From assembly GCA_029262675.1 (NCBI GenBank), contig JAJCYW010000015.1, positions 4,662 through 68,661 of the forward strand: a DNA stretch of 64,000 nucleotides, given 5' to 3'. This document shows, piece by piece, positions 1-11,814 of this stretch. Source of the stretch: Chloroflexota bacterium. GTDB lineage: Bacteria; Chloroflexota; Dehalococcoidia; DSTF01; RBG-16-68-14. Position 1 is the first letter of the stretch, and every line of letters begins with the position of its first letter. Made by a program: the position numbers and the translations under genes. The notes under the pieces were generated by a model, which saw nothing but the letters and a program-made list of their open reading frames with translations, was not told the DNA's origin and did no database searches.

Positions 1-1042
<1,042 letters not shown>

Positions 1043-1135
1043 CAGTGTGCTATCAGTATGAAACAAGCTGTGCCGTCGCGGCGAGCCGCCGGCCGTCCGC
1101 GGCTGAGGCGGGCTTGGGATGCAAGGAGCGTGGTG

Positions 1136-1549
1136 ATGGACGTGTCTATCGGACAGACGGCGACAAGAGAAGTGGTGGTGACAGAAGACATGGTCGCGGC
1201 CTACGCGGAGGTGACGGGCGATCGCAATCCGCTGCACTTCGACGCGGAGTTTGCGGCTGGCACACGCTTCGAGCGACTGATCGCACAGGGCGGTATCGCG
1301 ACGGGGCTGTTGCACGCACTTGTCGCGATGGACATGCCGGGGCCGGGCAGCGTCTTTCTCAACCAGAGCTGGAACTTCCCGAAGCCTGTGTACATCGGCG
1401 ATACGATAACTGCGACGGCGACTGCCACGTCGGTTCACGAGCGGCGCGGGATCGTAAGGCTCGGCATCGTGATCGAGAACCAGGAAGGCGAGGCCGTGCT
1501 GACCGGGGAGGCGACTGTCATGCAGGTCGAACCGCTTGCCTCGAGTTAG
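1136..1549 (+). CDS. MaoC family dehydratase (hot-dog fold)
   Basis: TGDRNPLHFD...IAQG and FPKPVYIGD motifs; AGGAG upstream. Confidence 0.85.
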   Translation: MDVSIGQTATREVVVTEDMVAAYAEVTGDRNPLHFDAEFAAGTRFERLIAQGGIATGLLHALVAMDMPGPGSVFLNQSWNFPKPVYIGDTITATATATSVHERRGIVRLGIVIENQEGEAVLTGEATVMQVEPLASS

Positions 1550-1606
1550 GCCGCGAGCTGGTGTTACGGCCGCGTCACGGCTAGGAAGGAGGGTGAGAAT
1601 CCGCTG

Positions 1607-1969
1607 ATGTTGGAGACGCACGCTATCGTCATGGTCGATAGAGCTGGAGTGATCCGGGTATGGAGTCCGGGCGCTGAGAGATTGTTCGGCCACGATGCGG
1701 CCAACGTTCTTGGCCAGACACTTGATTTGATCGTGCCTGAGAATTATCGGGAACGCCACTGGGCCGGCTTCCTCGCGGCAACGAGCACCGGCAGGACGAA
1801 GCTTGAACAACCAGCTGCCAACATACCTATCGCTTGTAAGGACGGTACCGTGGTTCGGTTTCCCGGGCGGCTGCTATTGCTCCGGGACGCGCATAATGAC
1901 GTCGTTGGGGCGATGGGTATCTTCACGACGAACGAGGGCGTGGACGATAACAAACTCCCCAACGTCTAG
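1607..1969 (+). CDS. Stand-alone PAS domain protein
   Basis: WSPGAERLFGH...LGQTLDLIVPE..RERHWAGF PAS signature; purine-rich sequence upstream. Confidence 0.8.
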   Translation: MLETHAIVMVDRAGVIRVWSPGAERLFGHDAANVLGQTLDLIVPENYRERHWAGFLAATSTGRTKLEQPAANIPIACKDGTVVRFPGRLLLLRDAHNDVVGAMGIFTTNEGVDDNKLPNV

Positions 1970-2010
1970 CCCGGAGATCCCGCCCGTGACGCCGCCGCGT
2001 CCGCCGGGGC

Positions 2011-2040
2011 TTGACCCCGCTTCTCGTTCGCTGATAGACT
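2011..2040 (+). promoter_or_regulatory. sigma70-type promoter of the ECF operon
   Basis: TTGACC (2011-2016), 18-nt spacer, TAGACT (2035-2040), directly upstream of the riboswitch. Confidence 0.55.
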
Positions 2041-2061
2041 CGGCCCACAACCGAATAGCGG

Positions 2062-2192
2062 CTGGCAGAGGTGGCCCAACGCTCGGAAGCGCGGGCCATA
2101 ATAGGGGAAGCCGGTGAAAGTCCGGCGCTGTCGCGCAGCTGTATGGCTCTCCGCTTTGCGGAGAGCTTAGCCAGACTACCTGCCCCTGCCGA
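2062..2192 (+). ncRNA. Cobalamin (B12) riboswitch
   Basis: Core ATAGGGGAAGCCGGTGAAAGTCCGGCGCTGTCGCGCAGCTGT and B12-box AGCCAGACTACCTGCC; P1 GGCAGAGG pairs with CCCCTGCC; lies upstream of an ECF transporter. Confidence 0.92.
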
Positions 2193-2248
2193 ACGTCCGA
2201 GTACCTTCGCGCAAAGGGGGTAGGGCCAATGAAATCGGCAACCTAGAC

Positions 2249-2282
2249 AAGCCCCCGAACGTGAGTTCGGGGGCTTTCTGTT
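2249..2282 (+). terminator. Intrinsic terminator, probable riboswitch expression platform
   Basis: 12-bp stem AAGCCCCCGAAC-GTGA-GTTCGGGGGCTT followed by TCTGTT, between the aptamer and the first CDS. Confidence 0.75.
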
Positions 2283-2321
2283 GGTACACGAACCACGAGA
2301 CGAATCCGGAAAGGACATCGA

Positions 2322-3518
2322 ATGTTTCGCAGTGTCTTCATACTGCTGATTTCGTTACTTGCACTGGGCTGGCAGGCGGGCGGTGCAGCGACCGCTGCAG
2401 CCGTCGAGCCAGAGACCGATGCCGCAGCGGCGGCAATAGACTACATCAAGAGCCAGCAGAACCCGGACGGCGGGTTCATCGGCTTCGGCGAGGAGTCGTC
2501 GCCGGGGGTGACGCTGGACGCGGTGTTCGCTCTAATCGCGGCGGGCGAAGACGTGAAGGACGTGACGAACGGCGGCAACTCGGCCATCGATTACCTGGAG
2601 ACGCAGGCGGCGGAGTACGCGACCGACCCCGGGGCTGCGGCGAAGCTGGCGCTGGCGCTGTGGTTAGTGCAGGCTGGCGGGTCCGAAATGAACCTGAGTG
2701 ACTTCGGTGGCGTCAACCTGTTTGGAGCAACCAACACTGACGTAAACGACGAGACGGGTCAGGTGGGGCTGGACACCTTCGATCACGTCTTCTTTGTCAT
2801 GGGCGGAGTCGCGTTCTTAGGCGGGCGCGCCCCCACGGCGCCCGGTCTGGTCGACTACTTCCGTACGTCGCAGCTCGATGACGGCGGATGGGAGTTCGGC
2901 GAGGGCTTCGGCAGCGACTCGAACACGACGGCGATGGTCCTGCAGACGCTGATCGGAGTTGGTATCACGGCGGATGACCCTGCGGTAGTTGCCGGGCTGG
3001 CCTATCTGCGGTCACTCCAGGACGCAAGTGGGGCGTTCGCGTTTCTGGCCGACACGGACCCAGACGCGCAGTCGACGGCGATGGTGATCCAGGCGCTGGC
3101 GGCGGCGGGTGAGGACATCGATGCTGGTGGGCCGTGGGCGCCGGGCGGCGTCGGGCCGCTCGACGTGCTGCTGACGTTCCAGAACGCGGAGACCGGCGCC
3201 TTCCAGTTTGCGGGCGAAGACAGTCCGTTCGCGACGTACCAGGTGGTGCCGGGGCTACTGCTGCTGTCGTTCCCGGGCCTCGGCACGTTGCCTGCCCCGG
3301 AACCGTATGTGCCGGCGGACGACGGCCCGACTGCTCCGCCGCACGGGGACAACACCGGACCGGTTGTTGCTCCGCCGCCAGCAGACCTGCCGAAGGTTGG
3401 GACGGGCGCGAGTAGCAACGGGTCGCCGTGGATGGTAGCAGCGCTTGCGGCGGGCGGCCTGGCGGCGTTGGGCGTGGCGGGGCTGGGCCTCGTCCTGGCA
3501 CGGAGGAGGGCGGCGTAG
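2322..3518 (+). CDS. Secreted prenyltransferase/squalene-oxidase-repeat (alpha/alpha barrel) protein, probable cobalamin-capture component
   Basis: Signal peptide; QNPDGGF, QLDDGGW, QDASGAF, QNAETGAF repeats; C-terminal LPKVG + TM helix + RRR; first gene under the B12 riboswitch. Confidence 0.75.
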   Translation: MFRSVFILLISLLALGWQAGGAATAAAVEPETDAAAAAIDYIKSQQNPDGGFIGFGEESSPGVTLDAVFALIAAGEDVKDVTNGGNSAIDYLETQAAEYATDPGAAAKLALALWLVQAGGSEMNLSDFGGVNLFGATNTDVNDETGQVGLDTFDHVFFVMGGVAFLGGRAPTAPGLVDYFRTSQLDDGGWEFGEGFGSDSNTTAMVLQTLIGVGITADDPAVVAGLAYLRSLQDASGAFAFLADTDPDAQSTAMVIQALAAAGEDIDAGGPWAPGGVGPLDVLLTFQNAETGAFQFAGEDSPFATYQVVPGLLLLSFPGLGTLPAPEPYVPADDGPTAPPHGDNTGPVVAPPPADLPKVGTGASSNGSPWMVAALAAGGLAALGVAGLGLVLARRRAA

Positions 3519-4634
3519 GTGGCTACGCGCGCGGCGACGGTCGAGCGGACGGGCGCTGGGGGCGCGCGGATGACGGCGGGTTCGCTGCATCCGGGCGCAT
3601 GGCTGGCGTGGCTGGCCGGCGGCTGCGTCGCGGTATTCCTGACATCGAACCCGTTGTACTTGTCTCTCGGGCTGCTGGCCGCGATTGGGGTCTACGCGGC
3701 TGTGCGGGACACGGCGAAAGGCCGCGCGCTAACGCCGTTCGTTGCGCTGGGGCTGGGGCTGGCGGCGCTGAGCGTGCCGTTCAACGTGCTGACGGGGAGC
3801 AGCGGGCCATCGCTACTCTTCACGGCGCCGTCGCTGACGTTCCCGGGATGGCTGGGCAACGTGACGCTGGGCGGGCCGGTAACGGGCGAAGCACTGGTGA
3901 CCGCGACGGGCAGGGCACTGAGTATCGCGGCGCTGGTGGCGCTGGCGGGGGCGTTCAACGCCAGCATCGACCACTTCCGCCTCCTTCGGATGACCCCGCG
4001 CGCTCTCTCGCAATTGATGCTGTCGCTGACGGTTGCGATCGTCGTCGTTCCGCAGTCGCTGGCGCAGGCGAAGGCGGTGAGCGAGGCGCAGCGGTTGCGC
4101 GGACGGCGGTCGCGGGGGCTGCGGGCGCTGCCCGGCCTGCTGCTGCCGACGCTGCACGGCGCGCTGGAGCGTTCGGTACAGCGGGCGGAATCGCTGGACG
4201 CCCGTGGCTTCGGCGGAGGACGGCCTGACACGAGTGTGCCGCCGGCGCTGGCCGGGGTCGCCGGCCTGGGCCTCTGCTCGTGGGGGGCGTTCGGGCACTA
4301 CTACTACGGAGCGTCATGGCTCTCGATAGCTGCGCTGGCCGCCGGCGCGTCGCTAGTTGCGCTGGCGCTGCTGCAGGGAGGGCCGCGGCAGACGAGTCGA
4401 TTGCGGCGCGACGTCTGGAGCGCGCGCGACGGGCTCGTGGTGGCCGCCGCGGTAGTCAGCGTAGCGCTGGTTGCCGGGCTGCGTCTGGCGGGTGCGGGCG
4501 ACGCCGCCTACCTGGCGTACCCAGATGTCGTCGCGCCGGGTTTCCATGCGGCAGGCGCGCTGGCGTTCGTGTTGCTGATGCTGCCGGCATTGCTGCACGC
4601 ACCGGACGTTGCAGGATCGGAGCACAAGCGATGA
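3519..4634 (+). CDS. ECF transporter transmembrane (T) component
   Basis: EAQRLRG and ESLDARGF motifs; multi-TM. Confidence 0.85.
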   Translation: MATRAATVERTGAGGARMTAGSLHPGAWLAWLAGGCVAVFLTSNPLYLSLGLLAAIGVYAAVRDTAKGRALTPFVALGLGLAALSVPFNVLTGSSGPSLLFTAPSLTFPGWLGNVTLGGPVTGEALVTATGRALSIAALVALAGAFNASIDHFRLLRMTPRALSQLMLSLTVAIVVVPQSLAQAKAVSEAQRLRGRRSRGLRALPGLLLPTLHGALERSVQRAESLDARGFGGGRPDTSVPPALAGVAGLGLCSWGAFGHYYYGASWLSIAALAAGASLVALALLQGGPRQTSRLRRDVWSARDGLVVAAAVVSVALVAGLRLAGAGDAAYLAYPDVVAPGFHAAGALAFVLLMLPALLHAPDVAGSEHKR

Positions 4635-6241
4635 TCGACGTGCGCGGTCTCGGTTTCCAGTACGCGAGCTCCGCGCGACAGGCGCTGGAGGACGTGACGT
4701 TCTCTTGCGGCGCTGGTGAGCTGGTGCTGGTGGCGGGGCCATCGGGCGGCGGGAAGTCGACGCTGCTGCGTTGCCTGAACGGGCTGGTACCGCACTTCCA
4801 CGGCGGGACGTTCGCGGGCGAGGTGGTGACCGGCGGGCTGGATACACGCAGCCACCAGCCGCGCGACATGGCCGGGGTGGTCGGGATGGTGTTTCAGGAC
4901 CCCGAGAGCCAGATGGTGGCGGAGACGGTGGAGGACGAGCTGGCGTTTGGCATGGAGCTGGCGGGGACGGAGCCGCTGACGATGCGCAAGCGGGTCGAAG
5001 AGGCGCTGGACCTGCTGCGCATCGAGCCGCTGCGCGCCAGGCGGCTGGAGTCGCTCTCCGGCGGTGAGCTGCAGCGCGTCGCGATCGCGGCGGTGCTGAC
5101 GATGCAGCCACGCGTGCTGCTGCTGGACGAGCCGACGTCGCAGCTTGATCCGCAGGCGGCTGAAGAGCTGCTGACGACCGTGCGGCGGCTGAACGACGAT
5201 CTAGGCCTGACGGTGCTGATCGCGGAGCACCGGCTGGAGCGCGTCGTGCAGTACGCGGACCGGCTGCTGTACGTCGCGGGCGACGGCTCTGTCGAAGAGA
5301 TGGACGTTCGCGACGCAATGGGATCGCTGCCGATTGCACCGCCGGTGGCGCGGCTGGGCCGGGCCCTGGGCTGGTCGCCGCTGCCGCTGTCGGTGCGCGA
5401 AGGCAGGCCGTTCGCCGAGGCGTACGGCCGAGGAAACGGGAACGCGCCGCTGACAGTCCACAGCGGGTCCACGCCTCGTGGCAAGGCGACGGTGAGGCTG
5501 GCAGGCGTGGGCGTGAGGTTCGGCGAGATCGCCGCGCTCCGGGACGTGACGCTCGACGTGTTCCCCGGCGAGATCACGGTGCTGATGGGTCGCAACGGTG
5601 CTGGCAAGACGACGCTGTTGCGTACGCTGGCCGGTCTGACACCGCCAGATAGCGGGACCGTATCGGTGCTGGGCCGCGATGTGGGTGCCACGGCGACTGA
5701 ATTGCTCGCGGACGACGTGGCGCTGGTGCCGCAGCGGCCGGAAGACGCGCTCTACAAGCAGACCGTGGCTGAGGAGATCGGCGAGACGCTGCGGGGGACG
5801 GGCCGCGAGGGGTCGATCGATGAGGCGCTGGAGGAGTGGCACCTAGAACCGCTGCGCGACGCGCATCCGGCCGACGTGAGCGCCGGAGAGCGGCAGCGCG
5901 TGGCGCTGGCGGCGATGCTGGCTGGCCGCCCGCGGCTGCTGCTGCTGGACGAGCCGACGCGCGGGATGGACTACGAGACGAAAGAACTGCTGGTGGCGAA
6001 CTTGCGGAGTCGCTGTGGTGAAGGCGCGACGGTGCTGCTGGCCAGCCACGACGTGGAGCTGGCCGGGCGTTGCGGCGACCGCGTAGTGCTGCTCGCAGGC
6101 GGCGAAGTGGCCGTCGACGGACCGGCGCGCGAGGTGCTGAGCGAGTCGCTGACGTTCAGCACGCAGGTCAACAAGCTGATGGGCGGCCGCTACCTGACGC
6201 CGGAGGACGTACTGGCGCGGCGAGAACGGTTGGGGACGTGA
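4631..6241 (+). CDS. ECF transporter ATPase with two ABC domains
   Basis: Two Walker A motifs (GPSGGGKS, GRNGAGKT), two LLLDEPT motifs, FQDPESQ; ATGA overlap with the upstream gene. Confidence 0.9.
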   Translation: MIDVRGLGFQYASSARQALEDVTFSCGAGELVLVAGPSGGGKSTLLRCLNGLVPHFHGGTFAGEVVTGGLDTRSHQPRDMAGVVGMVFQDPESQMVAETVEDELAFGMELAGTEPLTMRKRVEEALDLLRIEPLRARRLESLSGGELQRVAIAAVLTMQPRVLLLDEPTSQLDPQAAEELLTTVRRLNDDLGLTVLIAEHRLERVVQYADRLLYVAGDGSVEEMDVRDAMGSLPIAPPVARLGRALGWSPLPLSVREGRPFAEAYGRGNGNAPLTVHSGSTPRGKATVRLAGVGVRFGEIAALRDVTLDVFPGEITVLMGRNGAGKTTLLRTLAGLTPPDSGTVSVLGRDVGATATELLADDVALVPQRPEDALYKQTVAEEIGETLRGTGREGSIDEALEEWHLEPLRDAHPADVSAGERQRVALAAMLAGRPRLLLLDEPTRGMDYETKELLVANLRSRCGEGATVLLASHDVELAGRCGDRVVLLAGGEVAVDGPAREVLSESLTFSTQVNKLMGGRYLTPEDVLARRERLGT

Positions 6242-7095
6242 TGGGCGCGGCGCACAGGCTGACGTCGCTGGCGCTGTGGGGCTGCGTCGTGCTGCTGGTT
6301 GGGCTGATCGCGAGCGCCGGCGCGACCGCCGGCCAGACGCTGAGCCAAGCTCATCTGACTGTCGTGTTTCCGGATGGGGCAGTCGAGACGCGCTGCGTCA
6401 CGTTCGAGGAGGAGCAGATCAGCGGCGCGGAGCTGCTGCGGCGGGCCGGATTGACGGTCGTGTTCTCGAGCGGGGGCGGGTTTGGCGCGGGAGTCTGCCG
6501 CATCGGCGAGGTGGGTTGCAGCGACCCCGGAAGCTGCTACTGCCAGTGTGAGGGCGGCGACTGCGCGTACTGGGCCTACTTCGGGCTGAACGAGGACGGC
6601 GCGTGGCGCTACCAAAACGTGGGGCCATCGCAGCGCCAGATCCGTGACGGCGACTCCGACGCCTGGGTCTGGGGCGCGGGCGCGGGGCCGCCGGCGGATT
6701 TGGCGGCCGCTTCGTGTGATGGTGAGGACCCTCCCACTCCTGTCGAACCTGCGGCGGCCGAGACGGCTTCTTTCCCTGCGACGGACGTTCCTGCGCCGCA
6801 GGCAGCGCCAACGAATGTTGAGCCGGGCGGGACGGAGCCGGAGGACGTTGCTACGGCGCGGCCGCCGGTCGTGAGTACGGCCGCGTTTGCCACGCCGGCC
6901 GGCACGCAGCAGGTGGCAGCCGAGGCTGATGCGCAGGTCGCAACCGACACGGCGGATGTCGATGCGGCTGTCGCCGAAAGCGAGGACGAAGATAACGCAG
7001 GCGCGCCGGTGGGACTGATCGCGTTCGGCATCGTGGCGGCGGCGCTGGTAGCGGGCAGCGCGGGTGTCGTCGTATGGAGGCGCGCCGGTGGCTAG
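6241..7095 (+). CDS. Membrane-anchored DUF4430-like (transcobalamin beta-domain-like) protein
   Basis: Signal peptide; VCRIG..GC...C.C.C...YWAYF....W.Y...G......DGD..AWVW; Pro/Thr/Ala linker; C-terminal TM + RR. Confidence 0.6.
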   Translation: MGAAHRLTSLALWGCVVLLVGLIASAGATAGQTLSQAHLTVVFPDGAVETRCVTFEEEQISGAELLRRAGLTVVFSSGGGFGAGVCRIGEVGCSDPGSCYCQCEGGDCAYWAYFGLNEDGAWRYQNVGPSQRQIRDGDSDAWVWGAGAGPPADLAAASCDGEDPPTPVEPAAAETASFPATDVPAPQAAPTNVEPGGTEPEDVATARPPVVSTAAFATPAGTQQVAAEADAQVATDTADVDAAVAESEDEDNAGAPVGLIAFGIVAAALVAGSAGVVVWRRAGG

Positions 7096-7936
7096 CGACG
7101 CGATGGCGTTATCTGACAGGCCGGCGCGACCGCTTGTGGCCGGTAGGCAGTGGCCGGCGGCGATTGCGTCGGGGCTGCTGCTGACGGCGGTCTGCGCGGC
7201 CGGCGTCGCTGCCTACGCCTACCCGTTCCTGTTATCGAGCCTGCCCGCGACGACGGCCACGCCGCGCGCGGGCGACGCTCCGCTGGTGTTCGGTCTGGTG
7301 CTGACGCTGGCGCTGCTGCTGTTCGTCGCGGAGCTGACGCGAGCGGGGATGAACGCCAAGGTGGTCTCGCTGCTGGCGGTGGTGACGGTCGCCGCGGCGG
7401 CGCTGCGGGTACCGGCGCTGCCGGCCGGGGCGACGGGGTTCTTCTTCATGGTGATCGTGGCGGGGTACGTGTTCGGGCCGCGGCTGGGTTTCCTGATCGG
7501 CAGCGGCGCGATGTTCATCTCGGCGTTCGCCGTCGGGGGGTTCGGGCCGTGGCTGCCGTTCCAGGTCTTCGCCGCGGGCTGGATCGGCATGACGTCCGGA
7601 TGGCTGGGCGCGGCGATCGAGAAGCCGCTGCGGGGTCGGCGGCGGACGGAGCTGTGGCTGCTGGCGGCGTTCGCGGGGCTGTGGGGGATGCTGTTCGGCG
7701 CGATCACGAACCTCTGGTTCTGGCCGTACGTGGCGCAGGGCGACAGTGTGTCGTGGCGGCCGGGGATGGACCTGGCCGAAGCCGTGCAGCACTACTGGTC
7801 GTTCTATCTGCTGACGTCGGCGGGCTGGGACGCCTGGCGGGCTATCGGCAACGTGGCGCTGGTGCTGGTGGCGGGGCGGCCGGCGCTGGACCTGCTGCGG
7901 CGGTATCGAGACCGGTTCAGTGTTCGAATTGACTAG
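7088..7936 (+). CDS. ECF transporter S component (CbrT-like)
   Basis: AGYVFGPRLGFLIG, GGFGPWLPFQ and TSAGWDAWRAIGN motifs; GGAGG at 7076. Confidence 0.82.
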   Translation: MASDAMALSDRPARPLVAGRQWPAAIASGLLLTAVCAAGVAAYAYPFLLSSLPATTATPRAGDAPLVFGLVLTLALLLFVAELTRAGMNAKVVSLLAVVTVAAAALRVPALPAGATGFFFMVIVAGYVFGPRLGFLIGSGAMFISAFAVGGFGPWLPFQVFAAGWIGMTSGWLGAAIEKPLRGRRRTELWLLAAFAGLWGMLFGAITNLWFWPYVAQGDSVSWRPGMDLAEAVQHYWSFYLLTSAGWDAWRAIGNVALVLVAGRPALDLLRRYRDRFSVRID

Positions 7937-8036
7937 TCGCCGAGTACGGTTGTTGTTGCGCTACGTCTAGACGCAACTATGCCTTCACTGTCGAAGGTAG
8001 GAGTCTGCACTAGTGGAGCGCGATGCGAGCGCGAGG

Positions 8037-8732
8037 TCATTGGAACTGGCCCTCGAATAAGCGAAGAATCTTAGTAACCTCAGATACGAGCTGCTCCAAT
8101 TGTTCTATGACAGGCGCACCATCGCTGAACGTTATCTCGATGGAGAGACCAGCATTCATGTCCACGCTCTTGCCGGCAAGGATGGCGTCTGTGCTGCCTG
8201 GCTGAATAGTGAGGCCAACGGGGTGGTGAACAGCAGTCAGGTGCCGGTGTTTGTCGGGGTTGGAGAGGTCTCTGATGATGCCCGTCCAGTTGCAGCCAGC
8301 ATACGGTTGCAACTGTTGGAACATTGCGATGTGTTCTCCGCTCATGCCCCTGAAGCGGCGCTTGCATTTGCTCACAAAGTCCTCTTCCGAATCTGCAATG
8401 ACAAACTGAGTGCCATCTATGATGCTTTTGGCGTCAAAACAACAGAGTTCGTAGATGAGATAGTCGAGAGCCGCACGAAGGTTCTGGACAGTTTCTCCGA
8501 TGAGCCTGGAGGTTCTGGGCGGGGCTGGAAGGTTGACCGGAGCGGTGAGGCGCCCTATGACAGCGGGCTTGGTGCGGCCCTTGTGCACGACAGTTCCCGG
8601 CTGACGATCCAAGGCAACGGAATCACGTACAGCCCCCCGGAACGCCTCAATCTCAGGTTTGAGGTCATCGAGATGTTCCCGTGCCCCACGGACCTGCTCA
8701 TATGCGCCATCCAGTTGTTGCATGACGTACAC
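8037..8732 (-). CDS. Hypothetical protein (NLRAALDY...LSNPDKHR, HEPN-like motif) in a low-GC patch
   Basis: 231-aa ORF with atypical codon usage; the start (8732 or 8723) is uncertain. Confidence 0.6.
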   Translation of the reverse strand: MYVMQQLDGAYEQVRGAREHLDDLKPEIEAFRGAVRDSVALDRQPGTVVHKGRTKPAVIGRLTAPVNLPAPPRTSRLIGETVQNLRAALDYLIYELCCFDAKSIIDGTQFVIADSEEDFVSKCKRRFRGMSGEHIAMFQQLQPYAGCNWTGIIRDLSNPDKHRHLTAVHHPVGLTIQPGSTDAILAGKSVDMNAGLSIEITFSDGAPVIEQLEQLVSEVTKILRLFEGQFQ

Positions 8733-8739
8733 TCAGACC

Positions 8740-8862
8740 ATGACGGACAAGACGCAGAAAACCCCGAAGGGCGAGGGAATCCCCATTCCCACGCGCAGTG
8801 ATTTTCTGAAGAATCTCAAGAGGGCTGTCAAGCCCTCAACTCCGAGCAGCTCGAATAAGTAG
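8740..8862 (+). CDS. Small basic hypothetical protein (40 aa)
   Basis: MTDKTQKTPKGEGIPIPTRSDFLKNLKRAVK; recalls small ORFs that accompany IS1595-type elements (from memory, not searched). Confidence 0.4.
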   Translation: MTDKTQKTPKGEGIPIPTRSDFLKNLKRAVKPSTPSSSNK

Positions 8863-8959
8863 CGCCCCAAGGTAAACCCACTTGTCATGGCGAGATTGTA
8901 CCTCACGGGCTGGGTCGGCGAGGTTTTGCTCAGGCTGGACAGTCGCGGGAATCTAGATC

Positions 8960-8984
8960 GCGGCACAATCGCCGATTGTGCCGC
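8960..8984. terminator. Hairpin downstream of the YyaL-like gene
   Basis: GCGGCACAATC-GCC-GATTGTGCCGC, perfect 11-bp stem. Confidence 0.5.
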
Positions 8985-9013
8985 CTGTGCGAATGGACGT
9001 TGACGCCGAAGTA

Positions 9014-11056
<2,043 letters not shown>

Positions 11057-11190
11057 GGCAGGTCTCCGGGGATGACGGGCGGGCTATCGATTCAGGTTAG
11101 CATCTGGCTGTTGTGCTGTGGCGGGCTGCCGACACGTCCCTGGATAGGAGTGGTTAGGAGGTCAGTCTGAAATGTGGCATACTCAGTGCG

Positions 11191-11295
11191 ATGAGTGGTC
11201 GAATCATCGTACTTGTGTTGGTCGTCCTGATCCTCTTCTCTGCCGTGTTGGCCGTTGCGGGGGGCATGATCGCACAAGGGGGAGGCTGGAATTAG
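11191..11295 (+). CDS. Putative 34-aa single-pass membrane protein
   Basis: MSGRIIVLVLVVLILFSAVLAVAGGMIAQGGGWN*; its stop abuts the rpiB ATG. Confidence 0.4.
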   Translation: MSGRIIVLVLVVLILFSAVLAVAGGMIAQGGGWN

Positions 11296-11769
11296 ATGCG
11301 CATTGCAGTTGGCGCTGACCACGCGGGCTTTCCGCTCAAAGGCCCGGCGATCGCCGAGCTGAAGCGGCTGGGCCACGACGTGATCGACATGGGGACGGAC
11401 AGCACGGCGGCCGTGGACTATCCGGACTACGCGCGGGACGTCGCGGAGGCGGTGGCGGGCGGCAACGCGGAGCGCGGGCTGTTGATCTGCGGAAGCGGCG
11501 TCGGCACGTCCATTGCCGCGAACAAGGTGCCCGGCGTGCGCGCGGCCGTCTGCCACGACTCGTTCTCCGCGCGACAGGGCGTGGAGGACGACGACATGAA
11601 CGTGCTCTGCCTGGGCGGGCGCGTCATCGGTGAGGAGCTGGCGATGGAGCTGATCCGGACCTGGCTGGCGGCGACGTTCTCGAACGCGGAGCGGCACCTG
11701 CGAAGGCTGGGCAAGGTGAACGACATTGAGGCGAAATACCAAGCGTCGGAGACGGCGCGGCAGAGCTAG
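11296..11769 (+). CDS. rpiB: Ribose-5-phosphate isomerase B
   Basis: [41 protein letters not shown]. Confidence 0.93.
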   Translation: MRIAVGADHAGFPLKGPAIAELKRLGHDVIDMGTDSTAAVDYPDYARDVAEAVAGGNAERGLLICGSGVGTSIAANKVPGVRAAVCHDSFSARQGVEDDDMNVLCLGGRVIGEELAMELIRTWLAATFSNAERHLRRLGKVNDIEAKYQASETARQS

Positions 11770-11814
11770 GTTTCGTACGACCGCGCAGGCAAGAAGCTCG
11801 AGGAAGGTCCTTCC

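Noticed and set aside
8733-8735. TGA between in-frame ORFs 8733-8966 and 8037-8732 as a second selenocysteine
   Set aside because: No redox-motif context and no clear SECIS hairpin; the upstream ORF looks like the antisense of the small 8740-8862 ORF.
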